Assembly: GCA_030390025.1 (NCBI GenBank) | Contig: CM059438.1 | Span: 56,918,001-56,982,000 of the forward strand | DNA length: 64,000 bases | Direction: 5' to 3' | DNA from: Squalus acanthias | Taxonomy: Eukaryota | Part shown: in pieces, positions 48,775 through 62,100 of the stretch | How positions within the stretch are numbered: position 1 is the stretch's first letter | How the letters are laid out: each line of letters begins with the position of its first letter | Notes under the pieces: generated by a model | Seen by the model: the letters and a program-made list of their open reading frames with translations, nothing else | Databases searched by the model: none | What the model was told of the DNA's origin: nothing | Program-made: the position numbers and the translations under genes

Positions 48775-50569
48775 AATCAGACTCCTGTTACTGCAGTGTT
48801 CGGACTTCTGACAGCGCCAGGAGGCCGAGTAGTGGCACTTTGGAGAACTACCCCCACTGACTAACTCGGCGTTCGCGGGAGACTTGGACTCGGCAACATT
48901 GCCGGTTATTTGAGAGGAGTTTTCGGAGTATGATTTTTGCCGGTTAAGAGAGAATTCCGGATATTTAGGTGCCGGTTAAACAAGAGTTTCCTGTATAACT
49001 CTTCTGTCCTTATAAAACAACATATTGAGAATTACTGTTTGTAACACCACTGGAGATCTGCCAGTAAATCTGTGTACCACAAAGAAGGAGGAACACTCCC
49101 CAGTATCTTGTAACTGACAGTGCTGAATGTTTTTCGCTCTTATAAGTGCACAGGAAATCTGATGGGCTGACTCGGGTGTCCAAACTTCATGTCGTCTCTG
49201 GGATAAGACCTCACCAGGCAGCTGATACACTTGGAGAATAAAATGAAAATAGTGCAGAGGTCCGAGCCGAGAGACCAGGAGTACCAGAATAATCCGTACC
49301 TGTTCATTGGCAGAAGGGAAGACGATTATAGCAGTTGTGTATCTGCTCACTGACTAGCATCGTTGCAGGGATACAGACAAGCTAGAGGCGATGGCTAATG
49401 CTAAATTGGCTGGGATAATGCCAGGAGAGCCATCGTCACAGCTCTTGGCCTTGATCGGTGCAATAACAATGGCAGGTCAATGTGCTGGTCAATGCTCTTG
49501 GCCAGATGGGTGAAAAAGCAGAACACCTTTATTGCAGACTGGTTGATCAATTTAAAGGGGGCCTTGATATGGAGAAACAGGGCTCCATGGTGGGCCTGAC
49601 TTTCCCCATTGCCAGCAGTTCCCGGTCAGGTCTGCTGTGTTACTTTCAGAGTGGGCATTGGTAGTTGCTGATGGACCTTCCATCATAAAGTTGCCTATTA
49701 TAGCTAGCGTGCTGCAGAAGTAAATTCAAGGCCCTTCTGTAATAGGGATTAACCTTTACTCATCATCCCTCAGGATGAGATGTTTACAAGTGCAATATAT
49801 GTCGATACTTATGCCCCAGGACCTCAGACTAGGACTCTCTGAACCAGTTCTGGTCATTGGAGATACCCTCGTTCATTAAGGACACGTGCCACAGAATGAA
49901 GTGGCCTGCCACCTAAAGCTCAGAGGTGCACTGTAAAAGTAAGCAGTAGTTGTAGAACTGGAAGGATGCTCTGATCACCCCATTCCATAAGGAGCCTGGA
50001 ACACAGCCATAGTACCTGCATCAGGACTGCACGGTCTGTGACATCTCATTCAGACTGTTGGTTACTGGGTTATTATTGCACAGATAATCCAGTAAGGGCA
50101 ATAGGTCTGTAGTTGCTTATGTCCGATTTGTCAGTGTTTATGAATGAATTTAACTGGTTTCCAGTCTATTGGTATCTCCCCAGTGGTTCATCATAATGAT
50201 GATCAATGCCTCACAAATCTCATTCCGTTTCTCTCAGTATTTTGCAATAAATACTATATATCCCTGGGGATAGATTTGTTTTCAGCCCTTTTGGCCTGCC
50301 CAGAACTTCCATCTCATTTATATCAATGACAGTAAACTAAGCAAAATTATCAATACTTAGGCAGGGCACATTTCTCACCTCATCCCTGAATTTTTTGTTC
50401 AGAATTTTATCTTGTGTTGATCCTCGGTTTCAGTCCCATTTGCATCTTTCATGGTTCCCCCTGTTCTTTTGCTACTGTAGTACTGAAATCATTTACTTTT
50501 TCCACCTGCAGCTATGCTATTTTTTTCCTTGGCCTCTCTTTGCTCTTCCGATCGCTATTTAAAAAAATG

Positions 50570-52276
50570 TTTTATTCGTTCTTGGGATGTGGCCGTCACT
50601 GGCAAGGCTGGCATTTATCGCCCATGCCTAGTTGCCCTGTACGGTTTGATACAACTGAGGGGCTTGCTGCGCCACTTCAGAGGGCAGTTAAGAATCAACC
50701 TCATTAGTGTGGGACTGGAGTCATATATAGGCCAGACTGGGTAAGGACGGACATTAGTGAAGCAGTTGGCTTTATACGACAATGCGATAGCTTCATGGTC
50801 ACTTTTACTGATACTAGCTTTTTAGTTCCAGATTTATTAAACTGAATTCAAATTCTTAAACTGCCATCGAGGTATTTGAACTCACGTTCTGTGGATTATT
50901 AGTCCAGACCTCTGGATTAATAATATAACCTTCTTCTTCTTCTTAGGCAGTCCCTCGGAACCGAGGATGACTTGCTTCCACATTAAAAATGAGTTCTCAG
51001 GTGACTGATGAGTCCAATGCGGGACCTACAGTCTCTGTCACAGGTGGGGCAGACGGTGGTTGAAGGGGCAGGTGGGTGGGGTGCTTGGGTTGACGTGCGC
51101 TCCTTGCGCTGCCTGCGCTTGGCTTCCGCTTTCTCCCGGCGAAGAGATTCGAGGTGTTCGGCGCCTTCCCGGATGCTTCTCCTCCACTTTGTGCGGTCTT
51201 GGGCCAGGGATTCCCAGGTGTCGGTGGGGATGTTACACTTTTTCAAGGAGGCTTTGAGGGTGTCCTTGAAGCGTTTCCTCTGCCCACCTGGGGCTCTCTT
51301 GCCGTGCCGGAGCTCCGAATAGAGCGCTTGTTTTGGGAGTCTCGTATCGGGCATGCGGACAATGTGACCCGTCCATCAGAGCTGATCGAGCGTGGTCAAA
51401 GCTTCGATGCTGGCCTGAGCAAGAACACCTATCCTGCCAATGGATTTGCAGGATCTTGCGGAGGCAGCGTTGGTGGTACCTCTCCAGTGCTTTGAGGTGC
51501 CTGCTGTACATGGTCCATGTCTCTGAGGCATACAGCAGGGCGGGTATCACTGCTGCTCTGTAGACCAGGAGCTTAGTGCTGGGTTTGAGGTCCTGGTCTT
51601 CAAACACTCTCTTCCTCAGGCGACCGAAGGCTGCACTGGCACACTGAAGGCGGTGTTGGACTTCGTCGTTGACGTCTGCCCTTGTTGACAGTAGGCTTCC
51701 GAGGTATGGAAAGTGGTCCACGTTGTCCAAGGCCTTGTCGTGGATTTTGATAATCGGGGGGCAGTACTGTGTGGCGGGGGCAGGTTGGTAGAGGACCTTT
51801 GTCTTACGGATGTTTAGTGTAAGGCCTATGCTCTCGTACGCGTCGGTGAAGGTGTTGACGATGGTTTGGAGTTCGACCTCCGAGTGAGCGCAGACGCAAG
51901 CGTCATCTGCATACTGTAATTTGACGACAGAGGATGGGACGACCTTGGATCTGGACTGGAGGCGACGGAGGTTGAACAGTTTCCCGTTTGTTCTGTAAAT
52001 TAGCTCCACTCCAGTGGGGAGCTTACTGAGGGTGAAATGGAGCATTGCAGGAAGGAAGATCGAGAAGAGCGTTGGTGCGATGACACAGCCTTGCTTGACC
52101 CCGGTTCGTACGTGAATTGGGTCTGTGGTGGAACCGTTGGTCAGGATCGCGGCTTGCATGTCGTCATGAAGCAGGCGGAGGATGGTGACAAACTTTTGAG
52201 GGCAACCGAATTTGCGGAGGACACTCCATAATCCCTCACGGTTGACAGTAATATAACCACTACACTCCTGTACCCC
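50570..52276 (-). mobile_element. Short (head + tail) derivative of the tRNA-headed LINE, split by an RTE insertion
   Basis: Tail TTTATTCGTTCTTGGGATGTGGCCGTC...GTTGCCCT is joined to the UTR core ACAACTGAG...GTTAAGAATCAACC. The head continues after the RTE at 52249-52276 (AACCACTACACTCCTGTACCCC). Confidence 0.85.
50931..52248 (-). mobile_element. RTE-clade LINE, 5'-truncated, with (GAA)n tail and 10-bp TSD
   Basis: GVKQGCVIAPTLF, LQYADD, FPYLGS, LLYASETW, CPTCDRDC...HLRTH. TSD TAATATAACC at 50921-50930 and 52249-52258. Confidence 0.95.
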
Positions 52277-53463
52277 AGACATGTTTCTGCCAGCTCCTAT
52301 ATCCATTCCCCTACAGTATAGTTAAGGGTGATTAGTTTCTTTATCTATTTAGGGTTTACATTTATTTGATCTATACTTGCTGGTCTTGGCTATGTATTTC
52401 TCTTGCACATTCAGTATAATACCTTTAGAAGGCACTCCTCTACTGAAATTTGTTTAAGCTATTGTCTCATTTCACTGAAGTTGGTCCTTTTAGAGTTATA
52501 TATCTGGCCCCTGCTCATCAGTATTTCTGGCTCCCCAGCCATGTTAAACTTGATCACTCGGTGGTTGCAGTCCCCCAGGGGAGCGACAACTTCCATTTGT
52601 CTTTGTACGTTGTCTGGGTCATTTACAAATACCAGTTGAAGATTGGCACTGCCTCCCGTGGCTTTCTTTAAGCATAGAGTCAAGAAGCAGTTGTGCATTA
52701 GTTACCAACTCGAACTCTAAACTGCTTGGGTTTCCCAATTTATATTTCATTGATTGAATGCGTTCACTAAAATAACTTCCTCGTTTCCACATCTTCATTT
52801 CATCTTCTTCCTATGTTCCTCTCGTCTGTAGCTACCTCTAGTGTCAACTTGGTCTTTGTTTGCATTGAAGATGTCTAACCAGAGCAAGTAGGAGAAAAAA
52901 GCAGGTTGATACCACATCAGAACACTGCGCTGGCAAGGTGATCGGAGTCCTTGGTGTTAACCTGTTTTTCTTTTCCTCTATCAGTGTGTCTGTGTGTTTT
53001 CACTTCGCTTTGTTCTGTTCGTTTTTAAGCACTGTCGACAATATCTTCTCGTTTTAACAAAGGATCCACACCCCAAATGTGAACTTATCTGTTCTCTCCA
53101 CAGATACTGCCTGACCAAAAATTATTTAGCAATTTTTGCTTGACTGTTCAAATATGTTACGACTGCACTAATACCTTCCCAGCACAAATTACCAGTGAAC
53201 AGACCAGGTCTACTGGAACATCAGCACTTCCTCCTCCCAGCACAGTTCTTGCTTCTAAATACAGCATCGACCTTCAGGGCTGAGCTGATTGAGCGAGCTT
53301 GACTTACACAGCCATTAAGACATGTGTTTCCAGAGGGGTCGGGGGCAGTGCCCTTTCTCCTACCGTACTAGGCAAGCAAACTTCAGTCCAGTGCAGGCAG
53401 GTTTACCAGTCACCCTCTCGTAATATTACATATAAACAACCCAAGATTTCCATATCTATATAT

Positions 53464-53469
53464 TTTATT
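53464..53469 (-). terminator. SSNA1: Candidate SSNA1 polyadenylation signal
   Basis: AATAAA on the minus strand ~150 nt after the stop codon. Confidence 0.6.
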
Positions 53470-53619
53470 ATAAAACTGAACTACAAACTAGAGTCTTTTT
53501 TTTTTAAAGCAGTCATCAATCCGATAGCGGTGTTATTTGAAATCGTTTAACAGTGATCCAGTATTAGGCATTTGTTGACTAAGCTTCTCACTGTTACGAC
53601 TGAAGCTGATTGCTGAAAA

Positions 53620-53715
53620 TCAGGAGTCCTTGTTGTCTCTGTTCTCGTTGACTTGATTCAGGGTTCCTGCTTCCCGTTTCAGGACAGTCAGCAGCGTCTG
53701 GGAGCTTTCCAGGAT
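53620..53715 (-). CDS. SSNA1: SSNA1 (NA14) exon 3
   Basis: CTTCTGTCTGTACAG acceptor; ILESSQTLLTVLKREAG...DS*; TGA at 53622-53620. Confidence 0.96.
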   Translation of the reverse strand: MLESSQTLLTVLKREAGTLNQVNENRDNKDS

Positions 53716-55372
53716 CTGTACAGACAGAAGGAAACAGCACACCATTAGTGCATTTAACTGCTGCAATGGAAGGAGAGGAGGGAGAAATTGTAGGTTTCTG
53801 CGGAAGGAAGAGTTAATTAGGCAATGAGCCTCTTCCTCTGAACTTAGTGGGGACAACGTGTAGATGACTGAATTTTGTTAGGGGCATTTGACTTATAGGT
53901 GGTGAAGATAAATCAAGGCAACAACGGATGGTAGATAGGACAATGTCAAAAGGACCTTTCCTCTCCACAGACACTTGTGCCCAAAGCACTCTGTAGGTAC
54001 TGCATTCCAAATCTGCAGCTCACCAATCCACATTTGGAATACAGGGCAATTCTGCTACCATGATCTAACTCAAAAGGTCACAGCCATGAGTGGCTACAAC
54101 CTCATTTACTGTCTGCTGCATTTGGGAGGACTCACATGTTGCTTTTTTGTCAGGAACTGCATTACCAGGGAGACACATCAGGTTGAACCAAATTGTTTGT
54201 AAAATGCAATGCTAATTTCTGATCAGTGCACAGCCCTGGTACTGCAATAAAGGGGATGCTTTCTAGTCCCAGGTCTTTACTAATTGGGTAAAAGCAAAAG
54301 CAGGCAGTGACATACACTCACTATTACAAGAAAATGAGATGGTGCTGGGGCTCAGGACTTTCCTAAAGGCCAGTCCTCTTTTGACCATCTTTCCCACAGA
54401 ATGAATCTGGAAAAATGTACTTTAAATATTGTGTTTTAAAGCATAGTGTATTCATCCAAGTTAAAAAAGAGGGTGAGAGAAGACAGATACTTCAGTGGTA
54501 ATGAGCTAGTTTTGATGTTGCTTCCTCATATTGAATGCAAGTAAGTAAGCAATTTCTTAGCTTGCATCAGTAATTGCTAAACATCTCGCTCCCAATTTGC
54601 TGGGGACTCGCTGGTCCCTTCCCTTTCTGGCTTTGAACAGCGAGAGATAAAACACACAGTCAAGCAGAGGGTCTAATGAAACAGAATGCTGTGAGGAGGT
54701 CAGGCAGCAGAAGGCTGCAAGAAAGCCAGAGTGCAGGAGAGAAGAGTCAGAAATGATTTTGTTTAAGTCTCAAGTAAGGTGACCCACTGATGTGGGAAGC
54801 GTGGCATGTTCTTTATTTTATTTACACAAAGATAGGTTGTACTGAGTGAATTCAGAGAGTCTGGTCATAACTGCTGTTCGGTATGTTCACCTTATTGTGA
54901 AATAAAGCAGCTAATCGATTTGTATCAGGCCTCATCTCACCAAGTGTTTGCTTGGTCCATCATCAGAGAGATTGGAGCACACGTGAGAAAACAAAAAATA
55001 CCTGGTCCAGATCACACGGGGATGCTATAGCATAGTAGTGTGACCCAAGGATACACAAAGTGGATACAGGGCAATGCAAGTCCACTCCCATTAAAGTAAG
55101 ATATTCAGAGTGCTTATGGGAGCGAATGATGCTGCCGAATCGAGAAGGGATCTATGGCAAACCTGATTTTGAGACACTCATGCATTTAAAAGAAAAAAAA
55201 TTAACACTAAGCTTGGTTGTTCCTGCATGTTTTTCAATTTTTTTTCTTGTGCATTTTTGATGATTTTCCTGTACACAATTTAATCAAAAATTAATGTTTT
55301 TCATACGGTTTATATGAATCCCGGGGAAAGCACAATCTAATGGACATACCCTGCTGTGGGCTTTGCACTTAC

Positions 55373-55572
55373 CTTCATATAAGCAGCTTCAGTCTCTGCA
55401 ATCGTTCTGTCAAATTCATTTCGGGTTGCCATTTTGCGCGCCAGGCTCTCATTGACCTTGGCGAGTTTCTCTGTTAAAATGCGGATATCGTTCTGCAGCT
55501 TGTTCTTCTCCTCCTCTTCCTGCAAGATTTGTTGGTTCAGCTCTTCTCTCTTTGTACACAGATCCTCAATAC
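55373..55572 (-). CDS. SSNA1: SSNA1 (NA14) exon 2, 200 nt
   Basis: CTCCCAG acceptor and AAG|GTAAGT donor; coiled coil [36 protein letters not shown]...[11 protein letters not shown]. Confidence 0.97.
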
Positions 55573-56594
55573 CTGGGAGTAACAAGCTGTAGTTAGAGCA
55601 GGAGATAAAACACGCAGCTCTCCTTGGGTAAGGGCATCAAGGGATATGGAATGGAGTGGAGGTACAGTTCAGCCATGACCTAATTGAATAGCGGAACAAG
55701 TTCGAGGGGCTGAATGGCCTCCTCCTGGAAACAAGCTATACCCGTTCTCCATTTTAGTTATAGTTCTAATCTTTCTAGGGTTGTGAATTCTGCTGGTGCG
55801 AATCATAGAATGGTTACAGCACGGAAGGCGGCCATTCAGCCCGTCGATCCCGTACCGACTCCCAGAACAAATTGAAGATGTCGTGTAATCATCAGTCAGA
55901 GTGAAACAGAAATGGGCTGACGAGACTGAATGGAGGCACAAGCAATAGGCAAGGCTGACCTAGATGATCGTGAATAAAGCCTCATCTGCCATCTCTCAAG
56001 TTGGACGTCAAGAGGGAGCTCGACAGGCTCTTGACTGGGGCAGAGTTTGCTTTGTACAGAAGGCGAGTGTCTTTATAGATAACACATGGTCCATGCAATC
56101 TCCTGGACTGCTTTTGATCGCCTGAGTGGGTTGGAGGGGATTTTTCAGAATATTTTTTCTCCTTATTGGCCCTGGGTTATTTCTCTGTTTTTTTTGCCTC
56201 TCCCAAGAGATTACATGGCTGCGGTGGTGGTGATGGTGCCATGGGAAGTGTCTGGTCATGATGCTCCCACCATGGTGTGAGACAGGCTTAATGGACTGAT
56301 GGAGCAACTGGTCTTTTCCTGCCCATCAATTTTGTATGTTCATACACCAGTAACAGGAAGGGTACTGGCTGCTAGTCTCACCCATGACAGCGGGGCACAG
56401 CAACAGACTCCTGTCAACAAAGGCACCCATCTTCTTTCAGTCACATCACGTGACTTCAACTGAAACTGTCTCGTGCCACACAATTTGTATTTTTATTTGC
56501 TTTAGAGGATGTTAATCCTTAGTATTTAAGAATATAGGCGAGAGAGAATAAATATTGGCTGCAATATAATCTCATGTTCTGATCACACCCATAA

Positions 56595-57475
56595 TAACTT
56601 GCATTTATACAGCATCTTCAATGTAGTAAAACATCCCACGCGATTCACAGGAGCGTTATCAAACAAATGGGCCACATAAGCAGATATTAGGGCAGATGAC
56701 CAAAAGCTTGGTCAAAGAGGTAAGTTTTAAGGAGCGTCTTAAAGGAGGAAAGAGAGGTAGCGAAGCGGAGAGGTTTAGGGAGGGTATTCCAGAGCTTTGG
56801 GCCGAGGCAGCTAAAGGTACGGCCGCCAATGGTGGAGCGAAGAAAATCTGGGATGCACAAGAGGCCAGAATAGGAGGAGCGCAGAGATCTCGGAGGGTTG
56901 TGGGGCTGTAGGAGGTTATGGAGATAGGGAGCGGTGAGGTCATGGAGGGATTTGAAAACAAGGATGAGAATTTTAAAATTGAGGTCAGGCAATGTAGATC
57001 AGCGAGCACAGGGATGATGGGTGAACGGGACTTGGTGCGAATTAGGATACGGACAGCAGAATTTTGGGTGAGCTCAAGTTCATGGAGGGAGCGAGGTGGG
57101 AAGCTGGCCAGGAGAGCATTGGAATAGTCAAGTCTAGAGGTATCAAAGGCATGCATGGGGGTTTCAACTGCAGACGAGCTGAGGCAGGGGCAGAGTCGGG
57201 CGATGTTACGGAGGTGGAAGTAGGCAGTATTGGTGATGGACAGGGTATGGGGTCGGAAGCTCAGCTCAGAGTCAAATAGAACGTCGAGGTTGTGAACTGT
57301 CTGGTTCAGCCTCAGACAGTGGCCAGGGAAGGGATGGAATCGGTGGCCAAGGAATGGAGTTCGTGCCAGAGAACAAAAACAATATCTTCCCAATATTTAA
57401 TTGGAAGAAATTTCTGCTCATCTAATACTGGATGTTGGACAAGCAGTGACACAAATCAGAGGCAGTGGAAGGGTC
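56595..57475 (-). mobile_element. L2 LINE 3' part (continues at ~58886-59010 beyond a nested CR1)
   Basis: AYFHLRNIARL, SRLDYSNALL, QNSAVRIL, FKTLLKTYLFDQAF. The distal piece encodes an FAYDSQLYL (YADD-like) motif. Confidence 0.88.
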
Positions 57476-57479
57476 AAGA

Positions 57480-58885
57480 GATATCAAAATCAACACCACA
57501 TTTTTTTACAATTATATTAGGAAAAAGAGGGTGGTCAGGAACAATGTGGGCCCCTTGAAAACTGATAACGGTGATAGTCAATGATAAAGAAATAGCGGAC
57601 ATGTTGAATAATTACTTTGCGTCAATATTTACAGTAGAGGAAGAGGATAGCATGCCGGAAATCCCAAGGAAACTCATCTTGAATCAGGGACGGGGACTCA
57701 ACAAAATTAGCGTATGCAAAATAACAGTAATGAAGAAAATAATGGCACTAAAGAGTGACAAATCCCCAGGACCAGATGGTTTCCATCCCAGGGTTTTAAA
57801 GGAAGTAGGTGAGCACATTGGAAGATTAGTTCGGGCATCTGCAAAGTTCTCTCGATTCAGGAACCATCCCTTTAGATTGGAAAATTGCGCATGTCACTCC
57901 GCTACTTAATGGCGAGAGAGGGAAACCAGGGAATTATAGACCAGTTAGCCTAACATCTGTGGTCGGAAAATTACTAGAATCTGTAATTAAGGGCAGTGTG
58001 ATTGAACACCTTGAAAATTTTCAGCTGATCAGAGAGCCAGCACAGATTTGTAAAAGGTAGGTCATACCTGACGAACCTGATTTAATTTTTTGAAGAGGTG
58101 ACTAAAGTAGTGGATAGGGGAATGTCTATGGATGTTATTTATATGGACCTCCAAAAGGAATTTGATAAAGCCCCACATAAAAAACTGTTAACAGAGATTG
58201 AAGCCCATGGAATTGAAGGCAAATTATTGATCCGGTTAGGAAATTGGCTGAGCGGCAGGAGAAAGAGTAGGAATAATGGGTAGGTACTCAAATTGGCAGG
58301 ATGTGACTAGTAGTGTCCCGCAGGGATCTGTGTTGGGGTCTCAACCATTCACTGTATTCATTAACGACTTGGATAATGGAATAGAAAGCCACATATCCAA
58401 ACTTGCCGATAACACAAAGATGGGCAGCATTGTAGGCAGTGTAAATGAAAGTATAAAATTACTAAAGAGATATTGATAGATTAAGTGAATGGGCAAAACT
58501 GTGGCAAATGAATTTCAATGTAAGCAAATGTGAGGTCATCCACTTTGGACCTAAAAAGGATAGAACAGGATACTTTCTAAATGGTGAAAAACTCCAAAGA
58601 GACTTAGTACATAGATCATTAAGATGTCATGGGCAGGTACAGAAAATAATCAAAAAGGCAAATGGAATGCTGGCCTTTATATCTAGAGGACTAGAGTACA
58701 AGGGGGTAGAAGTTATGCTGCAGCTATACAAAACCCTGGTTAGACCACACCTGGAGTACTGTGAGCAGTTCTGGGCACCACACTGGGCCGAAGGTGGGTA
58801 TATGGAGTTAGGTCACAGATAAGCCATGATCTCATTGACTGGCAGAACAGGCTCGAGGAACTAAATGGCCTCCTCCTGTTCCTAT
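57480..58885 (+). mobile_element. CR1 LINE fragment nested in the L2
   Basis: KSPGPDGFHPRVLKE, YMDLQKEFDK, SVPQGSVLG, LYKTLVRPHLEYCEQFWAPH and a CR1 3' tail. Confidence 0.9.
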
Positions 58886-59189
58886 AGTTGGTGGTGAGGT
58901 AGAGCTGGGAGTCGTAAGCGAACATGTGGAACCTGACATCCTGTTTTCAAATTATGTCGCTGAGGGACAGCATGGAGATGAGAAGCAGGAGGGGCCCAAG
59001 AATAGATAAACTATCTGAGCTTTGGTCGATTGATTTATGAATAATTTTAACTGCTGGAGAAAAGTACTATCCAATTATTTCATCATTGTTCCGGAAATGA
59101 ATAATTTAAATAGAATTTAGATCTTAATCTCTAAAAGGGCAACCTACAAGCTGGCACCATGCAGTACCCACAAATATTCCCCCTCATAC

Positions 59190-62100
59190 TCGAGCCCCCC
59201 GCACTCCCCCACCCCCCCGCACTGAGCCCCCCGCACTCCCCACCACCTCACCGAGCCCCCCGCACTCCTCCACCCCCCCACACCGAGCCCCCCGCACTCC
59301 CCCACCCCCCCACACCGAGCCCCGAACTCCCCCACCCCCCTCACACTGAGTCCCCCGCACTCCCCCACCACCCTCACACTGAGCCCCCCGCACTCCCCCA
59401 CCCCCTCACTGAGCCCCCCCGCACTCCTCCACCCCCCCACACTGAGCCCCGCATTCAATAACCCCCTCACACTGAGCCCCGCACTCCCCCACCCCCCCAC
59501 ACTGAGCCCCCCCCGCACTCCCCCACCCCCCCCACCGAGCCCCCCCCGCACTCCCCCACCCAGCCCCCCGCACTCCCCCAGCCCCCCGCACTCCCCCACC
59601 ACCCCCACTCAGAGCCCCCCCGCACCCCCCCTCACACTGCCCCGCACTCCTCCGCACCCCCCCACACCGAGCCCCGCACCCCCCCACACCGAGCCCCGCA
59701 CCCCCCCACACCGAGCCCCGCACCCCCCCACACCGAGCCCCGCACCCCCCCACACCGAGCCCCGCACCCCCCCACACCGAGCCCCGCACCCCCCCACACC
59801 GAGCCCCGCACCCCCCCACACCGAGCCCCGCACCCCCCCACACCGAGCCCCGCACCCCCCCACACCGAGCCCCGCACCCCCCACACCGAGCCCCGCACCC
59901 CCCCACACCGAGCCCCGCACCCCCCCACACCGAGCCCCGCACCCCCCCACACCGAGCCCCGCACCCCCCCACACCGAGCCCCGCACCCCCCCACACCGAG
60001 CCCCGCACCCCCCCACACCGAGCCCCGCACCCCCCCACACCGAGCCCCGCACCCCCCCACACCGAGCCCCGCACCCCCCCACACCGAGCCCCGCACCCCC
60101 CCACACCGAGCCCCGCACCCCCCCACACCGAGCCCCGCACCCCCCCACACCGAGCCCCGCACCCCCCCACACCGAGCCCCGCACCCCCCCACACCGAGCC
60201 CCGCACTCCCCCACACCGAGCCCCGCACTCCCCCACACTGAGCCCCCCCACTCCCCCACCCCCCCACACTGAGCCCCCCACTCCCCCACACTGATCCCCG
60301 CACTCCCCCCACACTGAGCCCCGCACTCCCCCATCCCCCCACACTGAGCCCCCCTCACACCGAGCCCCCCTCACTCCCCCACCCCCTCACACCGAGCCCC
60401 CCTCACTCCCCCACCCCCTCACACCGAGCCCCCCTCACTCCCCCACCCCCTCACACCGAGCCCCCCTCACTCCCCCACCCCCTCACACCGAGCCCCCCTC
60501 ACTCCCCCACCCCCTCACACCGAGCCCCCCTCACTCCCCCACCCCCTCACACCGAGCCCCCCTCACTCCCCCACCCCCCCACATTGAGCCCCCCCCGCAC
60601 TCCCCCCCCCCCCCCACCGAGCCCCCCGCACTCCCCCACCCCCTCACACCGAGCCCCGCACTCCCCCACCCCCCTCAGAGCCCCCCGCACCCCCCCACCA
60701 CCCCCACACTGAGCCCCGCACCCCCTCACACTGAGCCCCCCGCACTCCCCCACACTGAGCCCCGCACTCCTCCACCCCCCTCACACTGAGCCCCCCCGCA
60801 CACCCCCACCCCCTCACACTGAGCCCCGCACTCCCCCACCCCCCTCAGAGCCCCCCGCACCCCCCCACACTCCCCCACCACCCCCACACTGAGCCCCGCA
60901 CTCCCCCACACTGAGCCCCCCGCACTCCCCCACCACCCCCACACTGAGCCCCGCACTCCCCCACCCCCTCACACCGAGCCCCCCGCACACCGCCACCCCC
61001 TCACACCGAGCCCCCCGCACACCGCCACCCCCTCACACCGAGCCCCCCGCTCCCCCACACTGAGCCCCGCACTCCCCCACCCCCCACACTCCCCCACCCC
61101 CCCACACTCCCCCACCCCCCCACCCCCCCACACTCCCCCACCCCCTCACACCGAGCCCCCCACACTGAGCCCCCCACCCCCCCACACTGAGCCCCCCACT
61201 CCCCCACACTGAGCCCCCCCACTCCCCCACCCCCCCACACTGAGCCCCCCCCACTCCCCCACACTGAGCCCCCCCACACTGAGCCCCCCACTCCCCCACA
61301 CTGAGCCCCCCCACTGAGCCCCGCACTCTCCCACACTGAGCCCCGCACCCCCCCACACTGAGCCCCGCACCCCCCCACACTGAGCCCCCCACTCCCCCAC
61401 ACTGAGCCCCCCACTCCCCCACACTGAGCCCCCCCACTCCCCCACACTGAGCCCCCCCACTCCCCCACACTGAGCCCCCCCACTCCCCCACACTGAGCCC
61501 CCCCACTCCCCCACACTGAGCCCCCCCACTCCCCCACACTGAGCCCCCCACTCCCCCACACTGAGCCCCCCCACTCCCCCACACTGAGCCCCCCACTCCC
61601 CCACACTGAGCCCCCCCACTCCCCCACACTGAGCCCCCCCACTCCCCCACACTGAGCCCCCCCACTCCCCCACACTGAGCCCCCCACTCCCCCACACTGA
61701 GCCCCCCCACTCCCCCACCCCCCCACACTGAGCCCCCCACTCCCCCACACTGAGCCCCCCACTCCCCCACCCTCCCCCACCCCCCCACACTGAGCCCCCC
61801 CACTCCCCCACACTGAGCCCCCCCCACTCCCCCACACTGAGCCCCCCCACTCCCCCACACTGAGCCCCCCCCACTCCCCCACACTGAGCCCCCCCCACTC
61901 CCCCACACTGAGCCCCCCCCACTCCCCCACACTGAGCCCCCCCCACTCCCCCACACTGAGCCCCCCCCACTCCCCCACACTGAGCCCCCCCCACTCCCCC
62001 ACACTGAGCCCCCCCCACTCCCCCACACTGAGCCCCCCCCACTCCCCCACACTGAGCCCCCCCACTCCCCCACACTGAGCCCCCCCACTCCCCCACACTG

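Larger units (their letters stand above)
46241..48993 (-). mobile_element. Full-length Tigger/pogo-family DNA transposon (2753 bp)
   Basis: 26-bp TIRs CAGGAAACTCTT(TGGTAT/GTTTAA)CCGGCACC (22/26) at 46241-46266 and 48968-48993, with a TA TSD on both sides. Confidence 0.95.

Noticed and set aside
52800..52905. Alternative SSNA1 terminal exon after a minus-strand pyrimidine tract and TAG (TSSMQTKTKLTLEV...RR*)
   Set aside because: No similarity to SSNA1, it lies beyond the likely poly(A) signal, and nothing else supports it.
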